From: Macrostomum hystrix
Lineage: Eukaryota; Animalia; Platyhelminthes
Assembly: GCA_950097015.1 (NCBI GenBank)
Contig: CATNEN010000003.1
Coordinates: forward strand, 7,378,001 to 7,442,000
Length of the DNA: 64,000 nucleotides
Direction of reading: 5' to 3'
The notes under the pieces were generated by a model, which was not told the origin of the DNA, ran no database searches, and saw nothing but the letters and a program-made list of their open reading frames with translations. This document shows, piece by piece, positions 1 through 11,042 of this stretch. The translations under genes were made by a program, and so were the position numbers. The first letter of the stretch is position 1. Every line of letters begins with the position of its first letter.

Positions 1-1163
1 TGTCCGTGCAGTTTTTGGGAAAGGCTATGGGAGACTGACTGTCCGAGATAAGGAGTGAAGTTGCAAGCTTAGTGCTGCATGGTGCCTGCATGGGTCAGCT
101 GTTCCAGGGTGTAGATGTTCTTTTCTGATTTATAAAAGTTTTTGAAAGCTCCTGTGGTTTATGAAACTCGGTGAAATATTTAATACTCGTACAAGTTGCA
201 GAATGATGAATGAGTACTATTCCGTAAGCACTGTTAACATTTTGCCTTTATCGTCTATGTTGATCTTTTATCAGCTAAACTAAAAATTTAAAGTGTTTTA
301 TTTTATGCTTTTGCAAGTCAAGGAAATATTGGGTCAGTAAAATAATTACTGCTCACAATTACAAACCACAATTTTATTTTAAAAAATTTTTGTGGATCTT
401 TACAAAGTTTTTAACAATGAGCAATGTCCTCACAGATATAGCAATAACTTTTAGTCAAAGAACTCAAAAGCTACTTAGCAGAACAACTCAACACACAAAA
501 ACCAAAAAACCAAAAATCAGCGAAGAAGAATGTACTAGAAGAAGCTATTTGTTGTAGTATGCAAATACGTTTTATAAGAAGCTCCTGTGAAAAAATTGTC
601 TTTGGATCCCAACTAATATTCAAGAGTACGACTGACAAAGAGAGGCCATCAAATGAAAGAACCTTGGAAAATTGACTGAACATTCCTGCTAAGCCTACAG
701 CAAAAACAACTTACTGCAAAACATTTTACTTTAGCTTTTCAGCGGTTTCGTCAACATCTTCAACATATCCAGTGTCCATATATTTAGTTGCTAAGTTCCT
801 AATACAATTAGTTTAATGTTTCACTGGGACAGACAGTCAAATATAGAACAGTATTCTTTCGAAGAAAACGTACCAAGGTTTGTTGGTACGATTATAAAGT
901 AATAGTCACATTTCGATATGCAGCATAAATATACAGTCATTTTATAAGGATGATAAGGATGCTTTGAATCTGTAGATCCAAATTAAAAGAGCATCATTGA
1001 TGGAAGTTTACAAAATGTTTCTATCAACAAATGTTTGAATAATGAAATAATCAATTTCTTGACACCATTGGTACACGGAGCTAATTAAGTAATTAAGGCT
1101 ATAGTCGACAAAAACCACGACAAACGTAAACTATAAAATTCTCAATGATGTAGCAAATAGTCC

Positions 1164-2516
1164 CTAAGCTGTTGCTCTACCATTGGCTGGTTTTACGTTT
1201 CCAGAGGCGGCAGCAGCAGCAGCTTCGTTGGCGGCCTTTACACTGTATCTGGCGCCGCCGCGTCTTCGAGATCTTGTAAGGCAGCAGAGGACACAGCAGA
1301 CAGTCAGGGAAACAACCACGACGACGATGCACACTACAAGAACAATTAGAAACAGAGTGCTGCCGAGAAACAGTTGCATATTGTCGACGAAATTTGCGCC
1401 AGGTAAAATTCCCGGTGAACTGACATTTCTAAGACCAGATGAAGATTCGATGGGCGCCTCCAGTGTTACGTCGCTGACTTCAGTAGTGACCGTAGCGGGG
1501 GGACTGGCGGTGCTACTTGGAGCTGCTGTACTGGGCCCCAGTGTCACGTACTGAGCCACAACCGGCTTGCCATCGTTCCACCGCTGGCACTGCTGCCAGG
1601 CTGCGGCAGCCTCTGTGTCAGAGCCGCCGCACACGCTAGGATCCCGCAGGCCAGTGATATTGTAGAGTAGCGGCTCCAGCAGCTGCAAGATGTAGTGACG
1701 AGTCACGGCATGACGTAGCAGCTGCGCTCCATGGCCATTGTAGTTAATATAGTTAAAAGACAGTTGAGCTAGGCCTTTCAGTGGGCAGAAAAGACAGCTG
1801 GGTGGTTCGGCAGCCCCAAAGCTTGAATATGATTCTAGTCCAGTCAGCAGGGTGACGTTGAGCAATTTTAGGCCGGACAGGCCGGGGAACCAGTCGCAGG
1901 AGTAGGCAATGATTCGATTCCTGCTTAGGTCCAGGTATTCTAGTTGTTCAGCCTCACAGAAGGCGAACCGATCGATATACTCGATACCATCGTCGCGCAG
2001 CACAAGGCGTTTCAGTTTCGGAGTGTGCTGAAAGCTGTGGGCCTCGAGTCTGCCCAAGTTGTGCGGACCGATCAGCTCCAAGTCAGTCAGGGACGCCAGA
2101 CCTCGCAGAGCGTCAGGATGAAAGCTGAACCGCAGATCGACTTGACGCAATAGCAGCCTGTTCAGACCGGTCATCTGCAACAGACGACCTGGCCGGAGTT
2201 CGTGAATGCGAACCGGCAGTTCAGCCGCAAGGCGAGTCACCGAACTGCAGACTGGAGCTCTTAATATGATATTTCGAGAGCTTATGAAGACGAGGTCTGG
2301 CGATTCATTGGCATACTGCCTGCAGTCTAGAAAGCGCCGACCCTCTGACACATTGATGCTGCAGATGCAAATGCTGCTCTCTGTTGGGGATGTCTGATGA
2401 GCTTCGAAAGGAATTCTAAAAGTCGTCGTAGCCGTCTCAGCCAGAGCTGTTGAAACGTGAGCTAGCCAGATGATTGCAATCGGCAGGAGCCAGCCAGCAG
2501 TACCGATCGCCTTCAT
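1164..2516 (-). CDS. Leucine-rich repeat single-pass transmembrane protein (single coding exon)
   Basis: 498-aa ORF. The likely start is MKAIGTAGWLLPIAIIWLAHVSTALA (signal peptide, ATG at 2516). It has LxxLxLxxN-type repeats (LASLTDLELIG, LKRLVLRDDGI, LEYLDLSRNRI), a S/T/P-rich stalk, a hydrophobic TM segment, then CCVLCC and RSRRR. Confidence 0.85.
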   Translation of the reverse strand: MKAIGTAGWLLPIAIIWLAHVSTALAETATTTFRIPFEAHQTSPTESSICICSINVSEGRRFLDCRQYANESPDLVFISSRNIILRAPVCSSVTRLAAELPVRIHELRPGRLLQMTGLNRLLLRQVDLRFSFHPDALRGLASLTDLELIGPHNLGRLEAHSFQHTPKLKRLVLRDDGIEYIDRFAFCEAEQLEYLDLSRNRIIAYSCDWFPGLSGLKLLNVTLLTGLESYSSFGAAEPPSCLFCPLKGLAQLSFNYINYNGHGAQLLRHAVTRHYILQLLEPLLYNITGLRDPSVCGGSDTEAAAAWQQCQRWNDGKPVVAQYVTLGPSTAAPSSTASPPATVTTEVSDVTLEAPIESSSGLRNVSSPGILPGANFVDNMQLFLGSTLFLIVLVVCIVVVVVSLTVCCVLCCLTRSRRRGGARYSVKAANEAAAAAASGNVKPANGRATA

Positions 2517-4897
2517 TGCTCCGTATCGAATGCAAAAACTTTGCATTACTTCTTCTGCCGCGCTAGACCAATATAAGCAAGTATTTCTGATATGGGATAA
2601 GCCTAACTTGATGGGCAATTTTGATGGTATAAAGGCGGCGTGGGGTTGCTCTACCATCAACTGAAAGTCAGGTCGAAGGCTGAAAGGAAAGATACTTCAC
2701 TGGGATTTGAAGTGACGACGTACGGAAAAGCTAGCTGGCTGCACTTTTTTCTCTCGAAAGCTGGCGCTCCCAACAATTGGAAAATACCAGTCGCTTCTCC
2801 GCTTTATGCGGCCATTGCGGCGAACGGCCCCGGATTGGAAGCTTAATTGGGGCAGAGTTAGGTAGGAACGGGGCTTAAGGTACTGCGATTCCTTCACTCC
2901 TGTTGAAGGCTATAGTAGCGCTGGTCATGCCAGACACTTAATCTTGTGGATGCCTTAGAATATGGGAGCTTGAAGGCATGGCTCCTGCTCTCCTTACCTT
3001 CATTTCTGTTGCGGAGTGTGGGAAGGCAGCAGTTTTCTAGCCTGTAGAAAAGACTGCCGCTCTCTGTAGTTTGGGGGGCCAGTGGAGGAGGCGAAAGCAT
3101 GTGCTATACTGCTGGCTAGCCAAGCCAGGGTCAATATCATCAGGTGCAGGCTCCGAATAGCCTCCTTCTTCTTGAACACGAATACCTGCATTTTTGACTC
3201 GAATGCCTCCACGTGGTTTCGGCTTCAAACTGCCGCACGTTCGAATTAATTATGGCCTCGATCTTCCCTGTTCAGTTTCCGAAACCATACCGATTTAAGG
3301 ATTGTTAGGATTGGCGCGCTCTCTGTGATACCAAATTAATGAAGTCTTGGGAGCCAGACAAATACCAGTCGTAATATACTTGTTTCTGGACCCAATGGTG
3401 CAGATTAAAGGAAAGTAAAATCGATGCTGTACGCTTTCGTTACCTATATAGATCAAGGCTAACACCGTTTGAAAACGCAACGAAAAAAAGAAAAAATGTT
3501 CTATTTTTGCAGCCTAAAGCTGTGAGGGAAATTTTATATTCAGCTACATTAATATGCTCGCAGTTTCTTTCTGTTTGGAAACAGGGAATTCTCGACCGGA
3601 AGTTTTTTTCGGTCAAGTTAGCGTCGTGAAACTGTAATTTTTATACGCCCGTTGCTGCAAACAGAAGTTTTTTGGAGAGGCGAACAGCCGATACGCAATC
3701 ATATAGAGATGTGTTGCACGCTGTCTCGCATCGTTAACAATCTTGCGATTCTCTAATGCAACAGTCGCTGCTGCAATTAGTAAAGAAGGATTCTTCGGGA
3801 GTGATGCATTTTCGGACAGCTTTTGGATGCAGCATTATTTTCGCTAACTGGTTCCTGACTCTCGGCATTGTCAAGCCTTAGCATATAATTGCTTTCCAAA
3901 ACTTTTTGAAGTTGTTTAAATGGCGCTGGCTTTGACCGATTCACTAATGCGTTGAAATTAGCTGCGCAAATGCCAAGATCAGGGAACTAATCCCGAAAAT
4001 ATGCTAAATCCCTGTCACCGCGGTAGCGGGCGCGAGTTCATGACCTTAACTATTATGGCTTGGATGGACACACGCAGAAGTTTTCCAATCAGTACGAATA
4101 TAATAATACAAAGGGAAAAACCGAATTTCCTAGCTCTAAATTACAGTATATCGCGAAAAATGTCCCACCTTTTTTCAACATCTTGCGATGAAATCCAACG
4201 ACTGGGGGAAGTATAGAGGCGAGGGTCATTTGACGCTCGTCACGTTGATAGACATTTCGTTTGCCCCCTCCCTACCGCCGCCTCAAAGGACGCCGAGAAT
4301 TTTCAGGCTCCGCACGAGGCAAGAGGTCCTGAGCAGTTTTATCCTGAATCCGTGGGATTTTTTAATCCGGGGCTTCATGCTCGGCTAAAAAAGGAAACAG
4401 GAGACTCGCTCACGTGTGAACCGGCTAACCACCCACCCCAAAGTCTGTCGGCGATATCAGTTTGCATGCTGCTTTCATTTCTTTTAAGCATTGATTTGTG
4501 TTCTCTAGCTTGCCCTTGGCGGCTGTCGGGGCGTTCCCGCACTGAGCCAGTCAGAAATATGGACGCACACACACACAGAGAGATGAAAGAAAAACGATGA
4601 GTTTTTATGGGTGTGGCAGGTTTGAGCCAACAGACTGTGAGAAGGCAAGAAAATCATGCATAATAAGGGGGTCCGCTAAGCAGCTGCGCCATGTTCAATT
4701 TAATATTTGCCAGTTTTTGTATTTCATTCACTTGCAAATAACTTTTTTACCTTTTTAATCATTTTTTTATTCTGGTTAAATATCAAGTAAGTTATCAGTA
4801 GTTTTGATAAAATATGTATTTTATCTGTATATGTATATGTATTTATATGTATCGAACGTGTGCTTTATAACTGACTTCAAACTCAATTTCAGCTCAA

Positions 4898-5709
4898 ATG
4901 GGAAACGAGTATTCTCGAATCAAAGGTCGAGCTTTCCCTGCCAGCAGCTTTCTGGTGGGATTTCGCCAGCCGGACATTGTACAAGTGGTGCACGCGCCCA
5001 TAGAAATTGGCCGGCTAGTGAGGCAGATTGCGGCCAACCACTGGGCGCCAGGAATTCGCTCCGAGAAAAAGTTTACTCTGGGATTCGAAATGCGCCTAGA
5101 TGAAGAGCCATTTGACTCAGAGGTGAGTGATCTCTGATATAAGGTCAAAACAGTGCTAAGAAGCTTCAGTTACAACGAACAGAATTTTATCTACTTTCTT
5201 AGGTACAACCTATCGACCGTCTACTCAGCGTCTACAAGCTCATTAACCAGCTGCTAACAGCGATTATTGAAGCCGGTTGCAGCCTGATAACTAGCGGCAT
5301 ATTCCTGCAAGGTGCCTGCCGCAGCTCCTGGGTGTTCAACGCTCTAGACGATGGCAGCCAGACAGCTCCAGGAACTCGCAGTGGTGTTAACTTACTGACG
5401 GTCGCTTTTGAAGATTGGGGCCGCCTGCTGACAATAAATGCGCCGGAAAGCGCGAACTCTGAGCTGGCCTCCCAGCTCAGCGAGCTCTGGCCCAAGGGCA
5501 GCACTGTGGCGATCAGTCAGCCCAGGTGTTTCGCCATTGAGTTGCGCAATCAGCCGTGGGACAGTTACAAAGAGGACGGCGAGCGGGCACCCCTGATTAT
5601 TCTGGCACTGGTCCGTATTCTAGACAACTACGGTTACAAGTTCTTGGCTGCAACGCACGCGCGAGGAAATATGAACTGCCTGACATTCGTCAGGACAATG
5701 GAAGTGTGA
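4898..5709 (+). CDS. Uncharacterised protein with two copies of a repeated domain (W..G...F.L...PW/F...LL..L...GW/GY); exons 4898-5122, 5203-5709
   Basis: A GT-AG intron at 5123-5202 joins two ORFs in frame. The N-terminus MGNEYS fits the MGxxxS myristoylation consensus. The motif recurs in the ORFs at 6.4 kb and 8.3 kb. Confidence 0.75.
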
Positions 5710-6005
5710 GAGTTATATTTTTGGTTTCTTTTGCGTTAGTCTTTTGAATCCTAGCTAAAATCAACGTCACACCTCTAGCACTCAAAGCAAAGAAGACACT
5801 TTTGACAAATAAATAGAAATTCGTATAAATTTAGGAGCGAAAAATTAATCTGAACTCAGAATCAGACATTTGAGACTCATCAATAGGTAGGAAAAAAGCT
5901 TTTACTGAAGTATATAGCAGGAGGCTCACCTATCAGAACGCCAGCGGTTGGCGATGGTATTATTTAGGCTAAGACATTATTGATTGGACTCTACTTTAAC
6001 TCAAC

Positions 6006-6340
6006 GGGAGGTTGAGTGGCACGGCGGATAGCGCGTTTGCCTCTCGCACCAAGGTCCCTGAGCTCGATTCCGCGAGGCGAGGTGTGGCAAGGCCACATTC
6101 ATTTGGGGCGCAGTCGTGAAGCGAAGGCTTGGGGGCTTTTCATACAATTTACGTCCTTAAGGGCCAACCTCCAAAGTACAGTGAGAATGACAATGAGAAA
6201 TTCAGGGCAGATGTACACACTTGTGTAAGCGTGTGTTTGCGTATATGGTATGTGTGTGCGTGTGTGCTCAGGAGTCAGCAAAATGGATAGAATTGCCTCC
6301 TCGCTGGCTGCGGGTCTAGTGTCACCAAATGATGTGCCTG
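6006..6340 (+). mobile_element. tRNA-derived SINE family A, copy 1
   Basis: A-box-like TGGCACGGCGG and B-box-like GCTCGATTCC, with body and 3' end (GAATTGCCTCCTCGCTGGCTGCGGGTCTAGTGTCACCAAATGATGTGCC) shared with seven other copies in the window. Confidence 0.8.
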
Positions 6341-6402
6341 TTCTCAAAGCCCTCCCGCAAGTATTAATTAGTTATTATTTTCCGATCTGCAACGACATAA
6401 AG

Positions 6403-8814
6403 TTTAACTACTCGTTACCCACGAGCAGTCGCAACGCGGACGATCCACTCATGATTCTCAGCTTGAACCAGCGCGATCAGGTTCGCTTTTATGACGCTCC
6501 TGACGATGTTGCTAGCAAAGCCGCCGCAGTATGTCGCAAATACTGGGCGCCCGGATGCGTGCGCTCTGAGCTCTCTGAGGCGACCATCACGGGACGCGTG
6601 CGCCGACTGCAGCTGAGAGCGTCGCCTTGGTTTGCTCAAGCCTGGGATCGTAACACATCAGTAAGCGCCTGTGAGCTGGTCATGGAACTGCTGAAAGAGA
6701 TCTGCAGCATGGGCTGGAGTATTGTGCTTCATGTGAGTCCTAATGATATTCGAGCTGCGAAACTAGCGATTAAATTCTGATCCATCACCTTTCCTTCAAG
6801 GTAAATTTCATTTCCTTTAAACTAATCTGATAAACTAATTTTCAAAGCCGTCCGAGTTAGCATCGTCCAGGTATTCAGTGATTAATCGCTGAATCACGAT
6901 GTAGATTTTTTGTGATTCTGGAAGTTGTTTAATCGGACAGACCGGAATGTTTTAGGTCGTGTTCCGAATTTTCATGCCAATAGGTTTAATATTTTGAGAG
7001 ATACAGAAAGAAATAAAATTGTAGGCATTTGAAATACCCCCTGTGGTCTTACTAAATAATATACCTTTTTGCTTTCTATTTGGGCTTTCTTGCGAGCCAT
7101 TTGGGCAGCGCAGGCAGTGGTGAGCGAGACGAAAGCAGGCACTCTGTGCCATAGACAAAGATTGCATTTGCTTCTGAATTCGGCAACCAATTTGGGCCCC
7201 TTTGCGAGCAATTTCCGCCATTTAAAAGCTACGCTATGAACGCAGAAGAACATGAGCCATACAGACAAACAGACAAAGAGGTGAAAGCACCAATAGGAAA
7301 ATGTTAACTTGGGAAAACAGACTGACTGAAAAGGAGTCAACATGATGATGTCAAAACGTCACTCGGTAATGTCAGCTGCCTCGAGGCAACGCTGCATGTA
7401 GGTCAGACTGTGGTTCACCCACTGTCGACACTTGAATGGCGTGATCTCGAATACAGCCGTGTCGATCAGTTGCTGCAGAATCCGCAGTCGTTGCTGATGT
7501 AGCGTGCTTCCCGCTGCGGCTGCTGCGTCTCGGTTACCGGCTTGGCGCTGAATGTCCGGTTGTGACAAGCTGCGCTTCAGAGCAGCTTTCAGGCAGGAGC
7601 CAGCTCGCTCAGCTGCGTTCAGGAACGGCGAGTGTCTTCACTGTCTATGACTGCTGCCCCTATTTTTTATCTCTGACTGCCACCACTGGCCGAAATTGCT
7701 CGCAAAGGGGCCCAAATTGGTTGCCGAATTCAGAAGCAAATGCAACCTTTGTCTATGGCACAGAGTGCCTGCTTTCGTCTCGCTCACCACTGCCTGCGCT
7801 GCCCAAATGGCTCGCAAGAAAGCACAAATAGAACGCAAAAAGGTATAGCTTTTGTCAATCTAAATGATAATTTAGACATTCAAAACGATAATGGCTATGG
7901 ATTTAACTATCCTCTAAGTAAACCCCGCCGCTAGAGAACATAGACGTTTGGACAAATAAAACGAGAAAGGGGCATTCAAAACGTGAATGAATTCAGACAC
8001 TCAGAAGAAAATTCACCCTTTCGACCATAGACTAGAGACAACCAAAATCATAAAACTCGGAAGGGCGTGGGCAAACGATTTTGGTGATACTTTCCATTTT
8101 ATAAGCAAACTCTTCTTAGAGTGAGTCGTGTGAGCCATTTTAGGAGCAGCATTTTTTTCCTTTATCTGACGAAAAAGAAAGAAGAAGCAAGTAAAGCGAC
8201 GTTAAATGCTTCTTTAATTTTCGCTAATAACTAAAAATGTAATATCCTTTAAGTTAGGATAATAGCCGACTATCTATATTTCACAGATCATAATTTTAAT
8301 ATATCTCTAGTTCTAGTCGTACCTGCTCATGAAACTTGGAGTCTGTACTGAATTACGAAACCCATTTCAGGCTGATATTTACCGCAGCGCATACGACAAG
8401 AGCCTGTTGGTTCTGCGCCGCAGCTCTCAGGCTTTGGTGCAGCCGCACCTTGGCGTGGCCATACAGGAATCTAGCCACCTGCTGGTTCTGGGTGCTCACG
8501 AAGAGCTGAAGGACAAGCTGACCAATGAAATCCGAGACGCCTGGTTTCGCAGTCAGCAATGTGAGATCAGCGAGTCTAGCAGCGGCTGGGTGATCGGTTT
8601 CAACTTCTCAGACAACCCGTGGGAGTGGCAGCCGGACAACCCGGATATAACAATCGAAGGCTTTGGCCTGCTAGCGGCTCTGTTGGACGCTCTGATCTCC
8701 AAGGGCTGGCGACTAGTGGCCAATGTTGATTTAACAGGCAGCAGCAAGTTCGCGCCGACCACTTGGATTCTACAATTGGCGGTCGATGAGGTCCGGCCGC
8801 TAACCTTTCGTTAG
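6403..8814 (+). CDS. Second coding unit with two more copies of the same domain; exons ~6403-6732 and 8317-8814; 5' end unresolved
   Basis: Motifs YWAPG...LQLRASPW...ELLKEICSMGWSIV and AWFRS...FNFSDNPW...ALLDALISKGWRLVANVDL. The donor CAT|GTGAGT at 6733 and acceptor TTCTAG| at 8316 are both phase 0. Confidence 0.65.
7060..7847. mobile_element. Non-autonomous DNA transposon (MITE/foldback) with ~160-bp terminal inverted repeats
   Basis: 7060-7220 is the near-perfect reverse complement of 7687-7847. The termini TATACCTTTTTGC...GCAAAAAGGTATA are compatible with a TA target duplication. It lies in an intron. Confidence 0.8.
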
Positions 8815-9682
8815 TTACATAACAGTACAATTATTGCTACTCAATTAGAAAAAAGAATAACAAAATTTAACGCTCCTTAACAAGACATGAACTGAACTTC
8901 AAAACTAGATGTTTTATTTGCCCTTATGATGCTACTTCTTTGGTTACAGTTGAGATAACAATAAGGTTATTTCAGCAGTGCTAAGCTTATAAGCTTTCTG
9001 TAACCCAAAATAATCGGCATTCAAACAACCAAACTAAAAAAAATAAAATAAGATCCTGTCACGAATATTCCATCTGTGCGTATCTGGAGTGCTACTAGGA
9101 TAAATAAAATCGACGTAAGTTTTAAACATTTTTTGCCGATCGAAAGAATCTAGTATAGATAAGAATGATCGAACTGCAGATATACGAGCGTGCAGTTTTT
9201 TTATGGGGAAACTTTTCCTCATTTCTTTAACTCATTTCAGTGAAACAAGGAACGATTGCAAAAAGTAAAGCTAGCTAAATGTGACGTGACACCTTTGAAT
9301 GGCGCGTTTCAGTACGATGGGTTCAGAAAATAGAATTCACGTACTTCCTGGTGTGGTGTGGTGCCCGCACGGACCCATCAAAGGAATACGTACTTAACAA
9401 ACTGTACTGTGGCACCGATCCATGGCACTGATGCCGCGACCCAACCTAACTACAAGAACTGAAATTAAATTAAATGTGAAATCGCAGATTTTTTTTGCGT
9501 TTTTGTAGTTTTTATGCGTTACAGTTCATTGTTTGTTTGCCATTCGGCATTGAACCTAGACGAATGTTCAATTTATTCGAAAGAAGTAACAAGAACGAAC
9601 ATAGACGAAACCTATGTGATGAATGCCTCATCACATTTGAACACCAACAAAAGTTAAATTTCAGTCAATGCAGTCATTAAAG

Positions 9683-10560
9683 CTATTCAAAAAAGAAATC
9701 AATGATGTTCGAACTGCCGTTCACTTGGATTCGCATTTTTTTCTCTGGTGGGCCTTGGACCCGATGAAACTCCTCATCTCCACTAATGGATGGCGCAGCC
9801 TCAGTACGATCCATACAATCCAAAGACTTCTTCATGGCGGTATGCACGTTCACAGAGGACTTGTACAAACTGCGATCACGCCTCTTATGCAGATATCGCC
9901 GAACGGTCGCCTCCGACTTGTGACCCGTCACAAGCATGATGTCGTGGACAGCATGCCCTTCGCTTTTCAAGTCGCAAATGCGCGTGACTCTAAAAATGCA
10001 ATGGTATCTTGTTCAGAAAGGTAAACAAACAATTATGCTTTTACTTTTACTTCGTAACACAAATATATACTCACCTAATGCAGTGGTTGGTATAAGGCTT
10101 GCTTAGCTTAGCCTTCTCGGATAGGTTCTTCATGAACTCTTGTAAATAACGCAGACCACGGTGTGCCTTATCAGAGAAGATAAACTTCTTCCCAATGGTC
10201 TCTTCATAGGACGAGGTAGAAAGTGGTCGCCGGAATCCGGAATCACCGACTCGTACAGTTCTAGCAGCTCAAGATCATATATTCAGGCGTGCTTCAAATC
10301 GGCGACCTGACCAGCGTCCAGTGTTGCTAATCGATTCTTCGATGGTAGCGTCGGCAAACAGGCATACTGCCGTCCATCCGAGTCGACACCTCGCACCAGA
10401 AAGTTCCGATTGAGAAACGTCTTCATGTGCTCCCGTCCACGCTCTCCAAGCTGATACATGAGATTGAATAGCAATTCATCTTGGAGTCGTTCTCCGTCAC
10501 TACGATCAAAGTATAGTCGCGCAATTTAACCATGTCTCCCTCCTCGATTGGATCGTAGCT
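9683..10560 (-). mobile_element. Decayed Crypton-type tyrosine recombinase transposon (DUF3504-like)
   Basis: Fragments read LQDELLFNLMYQLGERGREHMK...DSDGRQY, then EFMKNLSEKAKLSKPYTNHCIR|VTRICDLKSEGHAVHDIMLVTGHKSEATVRRY. These contain the tyrosine recombinase motifs R, HxxR and GH..Y. Frameshifts and stops lie between the fragments. Confidence 0.8.
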
Positions 10561-10897
10561 TTGGATCGCTGAATCAACTAAAACGTTGCGTCAATCTCAG
10601 ACTGGCAGGTAAAAATTTCAAACTGGCTTCGTTTATTCAAAAATTCGTAAATTTTTTAAAGCTCTGAAACTTTCATAAGCCTGACAACGTATCTAGCTCG
10701 TACATTTTTAACGACGCGACTGACTGACTCGATAAAAATCATCGGATCAGTTTGAGTTGCAAGTTTTTTGCTAGTTTTTTTTGCAAAAAATCATATCTAC
10801 CATGCAGTTTTAAGCATTCGAGTGAAAAAATATTGTGGTTGTCAATCATGCAAAAGTGAAATTCTTTTTAGCTAGTTCGCATGGTTCTGTTTACTTC

Positions 10898-10910
10898 GAT
10901 TCCTAGCAAC
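10898..10910 (+). promoter_or_regulatory. RFX X-box-like element upstream of polycystin gene A
   Basis: GATTCCTAGCAAC matches GTTGCCTAGCAAC at 11 of 13 positions and lies ~133 bp before the ATG at 11043. Confidence 0.4.
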
Positions 10911-11042
10911 AGGAAAAATAGAAGCGAGCATAAATTGAGCCAATCTCAAGCTGAGTCAAGCTGCTTGAAATTTCTAAAATCCATGCTCACGAGCGTATTT
11001 TTTATGCCACCATTGTCAATGAAGAAGCACAAATTAACCCGG

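Noticed and set aside
6295-6308. SINE-A contains GCCTCCTCGCTGGC, identical to the P3-L3 segment of the HDV genomic ribozyme
   Set aside because: I could not build a 6-7-bp P1, a correctly placed GG for P1.1, or a C-x-A-A J4/2, so it is probably coincidence. An Infernal or RNArobo search of the consensus would settle it.
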